A stretch of DNA of 64,000 nt from Leptolyngbyaceae cyanobacterium (GTDB taxonomy: Bacteria > Cyanobacteriota > Cyanobacteriia > Phormidesmidales > Phormidesmidaceae), in NCBI GenBank assembly GCA_965263355.1, contig CBDHHL010000056.1:512001-576000 (forward strand), written 5' to 3'. The stretch's first letter is position 1, and the number at the start of each line of letters is the position of its first letter. The position numbers and the translations under genes are program-made. This document shows, piece by piece, positions 11,201 through 18,278 of this stretch. The notes beneath the pieces are model-generated. The model was not told where the DNA came from, ran no database searches, and was given only the letters and a program-made list of their open reading frames with translations.

Positions 11201-14200
11201 GGGTCTGTCTGGGCAAAGAGAGCATTACTAATATCACGGGTATTGGGTCGATTCTCTCCAGCTAACGAGCGGATGCCATCCCCATACTCCTGGGTATAGT
11301 TCACACCCATCAGGTCTCCTGGTGTTCCCTGCCCTGGTTGACCGTGATTGCTGCCATCAATAGCACCATACTCAGTTACGGTCTCACTGGCCACGGTTCC
11401 CGCTGCCTCAGATGCTGTAGGCGCTCCCTGACTAGAGAAGACATACTCTGGCAGCGTCGTAATATCCGTATTGCGCTGAATCAAACTGGCCAACGTTGTT
11501 CCACGAATGTCATCTAGTTCCGCTTGGGTAAACTGACCATTCTCATACCAGAAACGGTCTCCATCCCGCAGTCGGATAAATTGGTCTGCAATGATGGCCT
11601 GGAACAGTTCACCCACCATCGCACCAGAAACATGATCTTCAGCCAGTCCACCGACAATCACATCAATGTCATCGACCTTACCATAGAGCTGCTCTAGTAC
11701 TGTCTGTACCGTTATATTGCTGGTAATCTCAGCAAAGCTGGTTACTGGAGCTAAACCTATATCTACACGGGCCTGGTTATAGTCCGGTAAACCCACATCC
11801 CTGCCCCGTTCAATATCCACAGCAGCCAAGTCAATGCCCCCTGCCCCTGGCGGTCCAAATAAGGTGTTACGTAGTTCATCAATCACCTTGGTATCGATAG
11901 CCTCAGCGGACTGGGCATAGAGGCCACGTAGTATAGAATCAATACCGTACTGGTGAATAATTTCAGGGTTAAATGTACTTTCTCTTAACGATACTGACGG
12001 TAGGAGATCACCATTCTCATTTACCAACAGAAACTCGCTAAAGCTCTGGGTATGGCCCATACGGAAGGCAGCAGCAGAGAACAAATGACTAATAGCAGGA
12101 TCAACGTTCTCGTTATAACCGCTGTAAGTCTCTAGAGCATCACTACCAATCAACAACGGTAGATACTCACCATAGGTAATATGCTGAATCTGCGCCGCGA
12201 TCAGCTTTCTCACCCGGTTATAAATCTCATCTCCAGACAACTCTGGATTGGCAGCTTGAATATCAGTAGCCAGTCGGTTATGCTCTCTCACAAAGACTGT
12301 ATGCATGGCCGTCAGACCAATATTCTCATTGGCTCGGACATCGCCTGTAGCAAAGAGCATAGCCGGATCATTCTGACTACGGTTGCTGTTAGGCAATGGT
12401 CCATCGGGGAAAAAGTCGGTGTTGTTGAGGGGCAACAAATTATTATCAGAGACTTTTAGCTGCCCTGTACCATCTAGTGTTCGTAAGGCATTGGCAGTGC
12501 GAGTGTCATTACCATAGACCATACTGGCATTCATGTAGGCACTGACCAGATTGGGATGTCGCAGCGGATTACTAGGATCAGTACCAGTAGTCCCATCAAA
12601 GGTAGTTCGACGTAGATCAATTACCTGAGTACCCGTAAAGAACGGATCAAAGACGAGGTCACCAAGGGGTACAGCAATGTCTAGCTCATCAGTGGGAAAG
12701 CTGGTTTCTGGAATCGTCAGAGTAAAGTAGCCCTCAGAATCAGTGACTGTTTGAAGCCGACCCAACTCAATAGGCAGATTTGCTAGGGGTGTACCGTGGG
12801 TATCAAGTACGTGACCACTAATGCGCGTGGTGGTGATTGGGTCGGGTACAACAGTAAGGGTAACAGTCTGCTCAACAGTTTCAGCTCCATCAGTAGCGAT
12901 AACGGTAAAGGTATAAGAGCCAATATCGTGGGGGGTAGGTGCAAAGGACAAATTACCTGCACCATTGAGAACACCGGGAGGTAGTTCTGTATCGGTACGC
13001 AATGAATAGGTAACGCGGTCCCCGTCAGGGTCTGAAGCGTTGAGGGGAATCTCGATGTGCTGCCCTGGTAACACCTCAATTGGGTCAATCGGTTCAAAAA
13101 CCGGAGCCTGATTTGGAGCACCTACCAGCACTTGAGGCTTAAAGACAAGCTGCCATTCTTCCGGGTTATTGAAAGTAATTTCAACTGCATCAGAAAGAGC
13201 ACCCGGCGCTAGCCCACCTGAACGAATGGCATTGTAGAAATTGACATAAGGATTTCCATCACTATCTGTACCTGATACGGTCTCAAGACTAACGCTATCA
13301 GGCAGAGCGTCAAACACCACCACTGCCTGACGGCTAATGGATGTATCACTTGTATTATGTAATTGCAGTTGAGCAGTGTACTCACCTGTCTGGGCATTAA
13401 AGCGAATCTGGCTAAAGACAGGCTCAATAACACTGCTCGCCGACAAATTCTCAAGAGATAGCTCATCGCCCAAAGTGACCACCGTATAAGTATGTTCAAG
13501 CTGGATAGCTTCAGTTCCTTCTGGGTCAATGGTATTAGTTAACTGGCTAATGTGAATTTGACTGCCCGTATCACCATCTTGGTTCAGCAGTTGGAAAATT
13601 AGGTGACCATCGGTTTCTGTTTCCAGGGAGGTGAGATCAATCTCCACATACTGACCGTCATAGGTTACTAGTCCAGGGGTGAAGTCAGCAGTTTTTCCTT
13701 TCAAGGAGAACACTGGAGTACCAGGGGTGCCATTATCTAGCAATGTCTGACTCGGATCACTAGTGGAGACCAAGTACACTGCCAGGGTGTCTTTACTCGC
13801 AGGAGTATCGTTTGTTAAATCAAAGGCCGCATCCAAAGCAAACCTGAGCGTACGACTGCCTTGGCTTTGCCCCAACGTCACTGGTGCCTGAGCCTGGGTA
13901 ACAAAACTATTTCCCTCAGCTAGCAGAATCTTATTTTCTGATGTTGCTGCCCAGCCACTGGTATCGGTAGCCCCAATCACAAAAGCACTATCCGCCACCT
14001 CAAAGTCAATCACCTGTTCAGTGACATTGCCTGCTATATCAGTGAAACGAACTGTAAGTTGATGTGTGCCATCTGCTAAGGGCGACTCCTGAAGTAACCG
14101 ATCTAAGGTCTCCGTTACCTCTGTATCCACCGCTGTGCCACCATCTAGGATGGTGCTCAGGGTGCCTGCTTCATTAGTACTGCCTAGCAAATGCACCATA

Positions 14201-15138
14201 TTGCTGTGGATACCACTGACTAGGGGACTTGTCAGCGACAGTTCAGCAGCCGTACGATCTAGGATCATGCTAACTTTTACTGAATCGGAGACATTGCCCA
14301 GAACATCTTCAGCGGTGACTACAATGCTGTAGGCGTTATCTACCAAGGGATGGCCTACTAGTGTTGTTAGGAGGGACTCATCGAGGATGAAACTACCATC
14401 TGGCTGCACCTGATTCGTAATATCAAGGGTAGCCGCACCAACACGGGCACTAACTCGGGCAATCTCACTTTGATCACTGATGCTACCTACCAGAACAGGT
14501 GTCTGTGTAATTCCGTCGGTGGCATCTTGCCCCGTGTCCTCCTTCAATGCTAGAGATAGCGTGGGAGCAACACCATCAGAGCGAGTATCATGGTCTAAAT
14601 TAATGGGCTGATGGTCTACTTGCTGATCGACACCAAATTCTGTCGTACCAGTAGGAGAATTATTAGTTGGTTTATGAATATCAACATGCCCTATCTTACT
14701 CTCTGGGATAAATGGTTCGTTGCTATCGAGTAGGTTATCCATCGCTTCTAACCCAACAGTAGCTAAAAAGTCTCTAAAGTCTGATTGACCTATTAAAGGA
14801 TCAATACTTCGATCCGGGAAGGACTGAGAGGGACTCAATAAATTAGAGGATAATTGCAATGAGGCAAAAGAGTTTTTATTGCTCAGCAAATCTTTTTCGT
14901 TGTTTGATTCATTTAGCAATGACAGCTCTCTGATACCGAGTTCCATCCACTGACCTGGAGCCCCTACACCGCTAAACTGACCACCAGCAAACGGATTCAA
15001 TAGGTGAGCAAGCCACTCCCCTGACCAGACTGGACTACTACTATTAATAGGATTATTAGCAAATCCAGAACCAGATGATGCAAATAGATTAGACATAGCA
15101 AAATAGAGACACCACAAACGATGACCCACCGTAAACAA
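2209..15138 (-). CDS. Giant teneurin-like YD/RHS protein: Ig-like and cadherin-like domains, haem peroxidase, YD shell with FG-GAP/VCBS insert, RHS core, C-terminal toxin domain
   Basis: 4309-aa ORF with many YD repeats and the RHS core RFISEDPIGFAAGDANLYRYVFNSSPNYVDPTG. Also DxNxDGxxD FG-GAP repeats and peroxidase motifs GDVRANEN, FRMGH, ERGRDVG. Real start may be ATG 15096. Confidence 0.93.
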   Translation of the reverse strand: MFTVGHRLWCLYFAMSNLFASSGSGFANNPINSSSPVWSGEWLAHLLNPFAGGQFSGVGAPGQWMELGIRELSLLNESNNEKDLLSNKNSFASLQLSSNLLSPSQSFPDRSIDPLIGQSDFRDFLATVGLEAMDNLLDSNEPFIPESKIGHVDIHKPTNNSPTGTTEFGVDQQVDHQPINLDHDTRSDGVAPTLSLALKEDTGQDATDGITQTPVLVGSISDQSEIARVSARVGAATLDITNQVQPDGSFILDESLLTTLVGHPLVDNAYSIVVTAEDVLGNVSDSVKVSMILDRTAAELSLTSPLVSGIHSNMVHLLGSTNEAGTLSTILDGGTAVDTEVTETLDRLLQESPLADGTHQLTVRFTDIAGNVTEQVIDFEVADSAFVIGATDTSGWAATSENKILLAEGNSFVTQAQAPVTLGQSQGSRTLRFALDAAFDLTNDTPASKDTLAVYLVSTSDPSQTLLDNGTPGTPVFSLKGKTADFTPGLVTYDGQYVEIDLTSLETETDGHLIFQLLNQDGDTGSQIHISQLTNTIDPEGTEAIQLEHTYTVVTLGDELSLENLSASSVIEPVFSQIRFNAQTGEYTAQLQLHNTSDTSISRQAVVVFDALPDSVSLETVSGTDSDGNPYVNFYNAIRSGGLAPGALSDAVEITFNNPEEWQLVFKPQVLVGAPNQAPVFEPIDPIEVLPGQHIEIPLNASDPDGDRVTYSLRTDTELPPGVLNGAGNLSFAPTPHDIGSYTFTVIATDGAETVEQTVTLTVVPDPITTTRISGHVLDTHGTPLANLPIELGRLQTVTDSEGYFTLTIPETSFPTDELDIAVPLGDLVFDPFFTGTQVIDLRRTTFDGTTGTDPSNPLRHPNLVSAYMNASMVYGNDTRTANALRTLDGTGQLKVSDNNLLPLNNTDFFPDGPLPNSNRSQNDPAMLFATGDVRANENIGLTAMHTVFVREHNRLATDIQAANPELSGDEIYNRVRKLIAAQIQHITYGEYLPLLIGSDALETYSGYNENVDPAISHLFSAAAFRMGHTQSFSEFLLVNENGDLLPSVSLRESTFNPEIIHQYGIDSILRGLYAQSAEAIDTKVIDELRNTLFGPPGAGGIDLAAVDIERGRDVGLPDYNQARVDIGLAPVTSFAEITSNITVQTVLEQLYGKVDDIDVIVGGLAEDHVSGAMVGELFQAIIADQFIRLRDGDRFWYENGQFTQAELDDIRGTTLASLIQRNTDITTLPEYVFSSQGAPTASEAAGTVASETVTEYGAIDGSNHGQPGQGTPGDLMGVNYTQEYGDGIRSLAGENRPNTRDISNALFAQTDPIPDAQGGTGFMLAWSQFMGHDLSFSPAGAADTLKFYGTEYESPTGEVFPYVAEKIDLVLGHNLYAGVNNVIERPIYLPALDIINNEQTIDSQDNITVTNASLGAEVFIAANSLSDREGNPFDGQFTISEVPTDLTPAVLPEGLSPDLVVTIQPGEMAFDIPAQLTLPNRAGWSAGMEMELWSINPTTGDFEIVGTGIVSEDGNSVETIEGGIRNSSWHFFMPLGGLINLGGGDPRNPDHYCGANEEDAPFTSNVNLASGGIIETHELVSYQSLGISRGVTLAYDSLRADPSPIVHFNVDIPLTFAANGTRQSTFRVISKLSFKQGDFEYEVPGYEGGKYGLEGGEHFWNVPSRTQTGGRISAKPAIQANLKDLASGVYEYDLQAGIYALSDGRFSGRSSTITNNIVHVNGTRSQLGNGWGIAGVQELIENADGSVLIIDGNGSEIVFENEGEYVAPPGDFSTLKKLENGTFQRIDKEQTVYAFDSNNRLVSITDRNGNQTQHVYNAIGQLTEIIDPVGLSTRFEYTNEQTVYAFDSNNRLVSITDRNGNQTQHVYNAIGQLTEIIDPVGLSTRFEYTNERISKIIDPANRETLLTYDINGNLTHITDPDSTSRQFIYDDKSHMVSEIDKRGYQEKAVYDFAGRAKQAIGKDGRIIKVNPPQVEGLYKPERTSEDPLVAPKLPDAPDSSQVTYSDGRGQVKITALDVAGQAVSVRDQVGTQYTVQRNSANLVENLSTGRNKSTTFEYDERGNLVRMVDELSESGYSASGIVNQGSSDADSATSQLFGNSGYFPVVAPKRVMAKDLNNDGYLDLVSVSSNDTPYSSHISLFFGDAQGGFSAGNSISFENQPHSGAAIAVDDVDGDGNQDIIVNDSGSNRGGIAVAFGNGDGTFVEQVSLRDNRLSGDYDQSGNNILVTDFDNDGFKDILYNTKSEPVIIFGNPERALSDQVDLETLNESNDIGHMALADVNGDGEIDIVRQAEINTPNNVGGIEVFLNQGDRNFSTPITHNTVSADGTLNATNAFTIADLDADGFDDIISTQTNNTTVTVLFGNAEIPLTQVEHYVVGQQPHQVKVADLNGDNQLDIVTVNGETDTVSVLLNSTETNTEFTLATDYTIGDYGDSFQSAPDSLQLKDINNDGYLDILTANESDSSLSVLLNQGNGEFIESANYAVGEWPVTLTIEDFNQDGFADIAVASSNGLAGFISILLNQRNGDFELTLPLPDRTVQSFETPGREQLMVADFNSDGFDDLLSIDYSLNSVFLQINNGDATFVTPIAFELDATVKSVATGDFNQDGILDILAATYDYQTELSQIVPIITDENRTLAVGTPWLFASQIMHLNVGDFNGDRNLDFSYLVAGNDNTTELVIWLGDETGDFQEASSSVVSLNDANDYHDGESITQIADINHDGLDDLVYLRRGNLENDTNNNDVFLAALLGSIDGSFTQSFAQQISPGSDTQTFLYHFRLKLADLNSDSSLDIALTYEDGDDSNRYYLQTFLGRGDGSFSEQQLQNITRFDSSNDEPNLAIADINNDRHADLILSAGKYPNSILSVLLGNETGQFDFQDSQRYQDYAIPSDIDALLTGNFNLDEEPDVLLHDRQNSYILLNQLSVLSEDPADEPETPLTAIDRRELVNAKLFTYDNTFSQLTSVTDELGSTTLFTVDSTNGNTLEMRHVIGEEGGSDDIVTTYTYTDAGLVDFETDDLGRVKDYDYDNLGRLVKLTLAKGTADEATQLFSYDTVGNLTQFIDENDNVTTYEYDVMNRLIRQVDADPDGAGDQQAPVTLFGYDAAGNLIKTTDARGNTTSFAYDPLNRLTQQLDADDQTTDYVYDQAGNLVAMTNARGETTTYQHDARSRLIAETDAEGGTITYQYDADNNLTMIEDAAGNRTNYFYDARQRLILIRDATERFTDYDYDAADNLVAVRDRNGHITRYRYDHLSRLIEIEDAAGNRAQTSYDEVGNIAVSVDQRGNETRYTYDVRNRLVLTTNALDGEMRYRYDGVGNMLSTIDELGRETTYTYDSLNRLTQVTDPLNHSTNYRYDAFGNLIQVAGELGRVVNYSYDNLNRQTRTIDAYGATTETRYDEVGNVVLVTDELGRTTRYDYDGRDFLTRTTNALGHTLTYEYDSVGNLTSLTDTLGNQTRHEYDKLNRQTKTIDALEQATTTTYDNEGNILSITDASDNVTSYTYDERDLLTTETITVDGVDLTRTYDYDEASNLILRVDRNGRTQTFAYDALNRLDTEQWLDDDNNLIRTITYGYDVASQLKSLSDPDAVYTYDYDLAGRLIEVDNSNTPGVSHVVFTYGYDEANNLTSVTDSIDGIQVGVETFAYDLLNRVTQVTQSGNGIAEKRVDMAYDAASQMTGVSRFSDLAGTQTVAETAYRYDAAGRPTSLTHQHGTDILANYGFTYDAADRLTQLVTPDGISDYRYNNRSELTSADYNHQDDEAYSYDATGNRTSNTTGDHNRLLSDGTYTYEYDNEGNRTRRVDIATDEVTDYTWDHRNRLTAMVTTSSDGSVTREVAYTYDAYDRRIAKVVDADGEGVEAPTEERFVYDGDHIALVFDSDGNQTYRYLHGPQVDQILAEETANRETRWALTDHQGSVRDVINNQGTVLNHIAYDSFGQVTNQSNTTAYFRFGYTGRELDQESGQYFYRARYYDSGVGRFISEDPIGFAAGDANLYRYVFNSSPNYVDPTGNYVESGWDLLSLGVGVTSLGVNLRRRDWKNAAIDGVGITADVGALLLPIPGGAGAVRNADKVGKVASWVNRSQSLKRGTDFVKFNRWARNGIRLAQLTNVGANIYQTGESGLRAYRNWRESCNGEIPWRDLLQTGLSGLGILGARSNLRRSFQRRSVVANKIGTSKRLINSFGEFNERYHQKFKKNPNQAILGWEWYQESATSSMTSIIGRLDDTSRVGPEQGFHWLNVTTKKGWSPEVNDAWLQGAIDGGRPVKLVSPVKKSTLKKPPGEKYKYTVYRRELNQLQDAGYTIRNGWAIPTGTTSP
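9462..9771. repeat. Exact 153-bp in-frame tandem duplication inside the RHS gene
   Basis: 9462-9614 is identical to 9615-9767, bounded by GTTC microhomology. It duplicates the 51 aa EQTVYAFDSNNRLVS...TRFEYTN. Confidence 0.95.
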
Positions 15139-15417
15139 TGGGCAACCAGAAGAGAATAAGTATTGGAAAAAGAACTGTCGAGAGAGCCTGGCATCTATGC
15201 TCTAAAGAATGCCCTCAGACTCATCGTTATCGTAAAGTTTATGTCCTGTTTTCCGATGAGCAGATGTACGTAAATTTGGTCACCCAAAAAATATCTTCAC
15301 AAGAGATTTATCGAACCCTTTACTATGCTGTTCGATGCTTAATGATTGAGTAAAGATGAGAGTTAATAAACAGTCTTTGATAGCTTGAATTGAAATGCTT
15401 ACATGGTTTTGGTGTTT

Positions 15418-15620
15418 CTCAGATTTTGCACTTGGTAAAGAGGCGTCAGCCCACTTTGGATTCATAGTCGCAAGACTAATTGAATCAAAACTCGCTAAAG
15501 GGTTCAAGGGAGGGGTAAAAGCTGGATATATAGTTTTACGACCAACTTTGCCGCTTTAGCGACAGCTCTCAAACCCTCGCTGGGCTTTAGCCTTACAACT
15601 GAATTAATGCAAGATCTGAG
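15418..15620. mobile_element. MITE or internally deleted IS remnant, 203 bp
   Basis: Terminal inverted repeats CTCAGATTTTGCA (15418-15430) and TGCAAGATCTGAG (15608-15620), 12/13 match. No clear target-site duplication. Confidence 0.55.
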
Positions 15621-15813
15621 CCTTTTACGAACAGCGTCGCTGTTCGCTAAAACTGAAAGAAACACAATTGTCATTTTTGAGGCGACAATGCTCTCGCTTT
15701 AAGGCTAATTAGTTTATGTTTCTTAGGAGTATTTTTATTATTTATTTCAATTCTTACTAAAAAACTTGGGCATGATAAGTAAACGAGAAAGAATGATTTG
15801 AACATTTTGACAC

Positions 15814-16290
15814 ATGCCAGTAGTGAAAGCAATCGATACCGTCATACAAGAGATTCTTGCCACAGCTCGGTCCTATTCTGGATGTCCAACCTTCACAGGT
15901 GATTACTGGCTTAATGAGCAGCAATTTAATTACCCCACCTGGGTGTTACTCCTAGATGCTCAAGGGACTGAAGTATCTCCTTCCCCGATTTTCAGAGGAG
16001 TGAATTGGCTCAAGATTAATGATCTGCACTCACCTCTTGCCATCTTTCCAGATGCAAATGGCTATGTGGATTCTCAAAAACTACTGGAATGTCTTAATGT
16101 GTATATGTCAACAATTGGAGGATACCAACAGTCTCATGTTAATGCGCCGTTGATTCAAATAGCATTTGTGCAAAACATCTGTTATCTTCTACCCGCAATA
16201 CCTGTAGATAATAAAGCAGGTAAACGTATTCATTATCTCATAGCTGATGGTAACAATAACTGGAAATGTCTTATACGAAATCCTGACTGA
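15814..16290 (+). CDS. Hypothetical protein
   Basis: 158-aa ATG ORF not overlapping other genes. No family recognised. Confidence 0.55.
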   Translation: MPVVKAIDTVIQEILATARSYSGCPTFTGDYWLNEQQFNYPTWVLLLDAQGTEVSPSPIFRGVNWLKINDLHSPLAIFPDANGYVDSQKLLECLNVYMSTIGGYQQSHVNAPLIQIAFVQNICYLLPAIPVDNKAGKRIHYLIADGNNNWKCLIRNPD

Positions 16291-16346
16291 TAGTATCTGG
16301 TATCAAAGGGTATCGACAAGGGATTCCCCTATAGAATTGTCCATTT

Positions 16347-16751
16347 TTAATCGGGTTTAATAAATTCGAATTTTGATAGAACTATAAGAAAACACAGGAT
16401 GCGGTTAGGGCTAACCGCATCCACATTCAGATCTAAGTCTAATTGCAGAACGGTACGGTACAGAAACAGCAAGGCACAGAGTGCTTGATTTTGGGTGGAC
16501 GCGGTAACCTTTTTGGGAACGGCTAAATGAGTCAAAACTGCCTCAATTTCTGGGCCTCCCATATTTCTAGGATGCTGCCAATTATGAAATCGAATGTATC
16601 GCTTAATCCAATTGATGTAACTTTTTTCGGTTCGATACGAGTAATGTTTTACACGAATAGCATCACGAACAGCTTCTAGTAGAGTCCTAGGCTTAGATAC
16701 CGTGTTAATTAGTACGTAAAAACACTGAAACTCCTGTGTATCAGTTATCAC
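16347..16751 (-). pseudogene. intI: Truncated integron integrase, N-terminal SAM-like domain only
   Basis: LLEAVRDAIRVKHYSYRTEKSYINWIKRYIRFH...HP..MG..EI..LTHLAV...VTASTQNQALCALLFLYR is the IntI N-terminus. Similarity ends at ...NVDAV (~16412) and the catalytic domain is absent. Confidence 0.9.
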
Positions 16752-16863
16752 TTAGCAGTTCACTTAAACTATTTAAGGTACTTTAAAGCTTTCTGGATAA
16801 CTTATAGTTGTAGTGACCCGATTTAAATGTTATGGCTTGGGAACCCTTTAGTACAATGGGTCT

Positions 16864-16946
16864 CAACAACATTTCGTTGGAACCGACACTCCGTTAACCG
16901 CCTGACGTCGTTTAGACGGAAGTGCGGTTCAACTACACCGTTAGCC
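16864..16946 (+). mobile_element. Integron attC-like site
   Basis: AAC-ATTTC-GTT(G)GAACCG(A)CACTCCG pairs with CGGAAGTG-CGGTTCAAC-TACACC-GTTAGCC. R' GTTAGCC at 16940-16946. It lies just 5' of intI in the canonical divergent orientation. Confidence 0.8.
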
Positions 16947-16972
16947 ATCTTTAATCACTTGCACTTAATTGC

Positions 16973-17670
16973 TTAAGCGCTCTTTTTTTGCAGATAGGCA
17001 AAGGCCGCATTTGTGCCACTGCCTTGACCAAGTGCAATCTGAATATTGAGATGTGCCATACTTTCAAGATAGCGAGCGGTGTAGAGAGGACCAGTATCAA
17101 TCGGTGCGTAGCCGATATCCCTGGCTAGAGCAACAATCGTTTGTTTAGCCTCGTTGTTATCTCCTGCAATAAATGCAGTAATCGCTTGTCCACCTTCCAA
17201 AAGTTCACCCATAACATCTGCAAAAATAAGGTATCCACTCAAGCCGGGAAATTCTGGTTAAGTAGGAATCTAGAATCCAGGAGCCAGAATTTAGAAGGGA
17301 TATGGCTTCTGGCTCCTGACTTCTGACGTCTATCCTGAGGAAAACTTCCCGCTTTAAGTTGGTACCCCAAAAATAGTATTGAACGCTTTGACGACGTGAG
17401 CGCCTGCCAGCAGACGGTTAATTTCTTTAGATGCCGAGTTTTCCTGCCCAAGCGACTTCGGTGACCAGTCAGCATTGAGTGGATTTGTACTGTCGATGAC
17501 AATTTTTCCGTTTGTTGCCTCAGCTAGTTCTGGTAACACATCGACACAAGCAGTAAACGGAATAGCGATCGCAACAATATCTGCAGCGTTGGCAGCTTCT
17601 TTGAAAGTTGCAGATGGATAGGGTAATTCCTGATTTAGACTTGAGCGCAAGCCGATAATAATCTCGTGTG
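16973..17670 (-). pseudogene. NADPH-dependent F420 reductase-like (F420_oxidored) gene, interrupted by a MITE and 5'-truncated
   Basis: The halves ...KIVIDSTNPL...VVKAFNTIF and ADVM...AGDNNEAKQ...PIDTGPL..ARYLE rejoin in frame if the insert is removed. The Rossmann GxGxxG N-terminus is missing. Confidence 0.85.
17229..17367. mobile_element. 139-bp MITE with 8-bp target-site duplication
   Basis: Flanked by CAAAAATA at 17221-17228 and 17368-17375. Imperfect TIRs AGGTATCCACTCAAGCCGGGAA / TTCCCGCTTTAAGTTGGTACCC. Internal heptamer repeats are arranged as inverted arrays. Confidence 0.85.
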
Positions 17671-17779
17671 GACAGTCCCTTGTGGAGGTCCTTCGATATC
17701 GGGAGCAGACAATCAGGATTTCGTACAATAACGCTCTGTACCTCTAGAGTATAGAGTTCAGGTATGTAAATTTTATAAC

Positions 17780-18193
17780 TTAGAACGGAAAGGAGCAACC
17801 GTCAAAATTGTTGAGAACAATACCTCTAAAACCTTAAATGAAATTGGTGCAGAAGGTAGGGGCTCAGATTGCTTTGTTTCTCTTCATCTGAATGCCTTTA
17901 ATAGGAGCGCTCAAGGGCATGAAGTATTTGTTCATTCAGATGGGCCATCAACTGATGTGAGACTGGCAACCTTGATCAATCAGGAACTTGACGATGTATT
18001 ACCCATTGATGATAGAGGTGTAAAACGGCGTGGACTGGCGGTATTGGGCGGAGTTCCACTACCTACTCCGGCAGTTCTAACAGAGGCATTTTTTATCGAC
18101 TCAGTTGAAGAGGCCAATACCCTAAATGAGTGGAATACCCTTGCAGCCAATGCGATCGCTACTGGCATAGAAAGGTTTTTGACTATGCCATAA
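17780..18193 (+). pseudogene. 5'-truncated N-acetylmuramoyl-L-alanine amidase (Amidase_3)
   Basis: Reading upstream of the listed ORF gives DCFVSLHLNAFNRSAQGHEVFV...PAVLTEAFFID. In-frame TAA at 17729. No start codon and no first Zn-binding His. Confidence 0.8.
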
Positions 18194-18206
18194 AGCCTAT
18201 ATGCAC

Positions 18207-18238
18207 CGCCCGCCAAAAGATACTCAATATGGCGGGCG
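18207..18238. terminator. Hairpin between convergent genes
   Basis: CGCCCGCCA ... TGGCGGGCG 9-bp stem. Confidence 0.45.
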
Positions 18239-18278
18239 AATGCCCATTTACTCGTCATATTGAGCAAGAAAACTGCCG

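Noticed and set aside
1597..15507. Many short ORFs antisense to or overlapping the immunity and RHS genes, and ORFs 15138-15353 and 15280-15507
   Set aside because: Shadow frames of real genes, or spanning a MITE, with no recognisable motifs.
16700..16730. LexA box upstream of intI
   Set aside because: Only one AGTAC half-site matches the cyanobacterial consensus.
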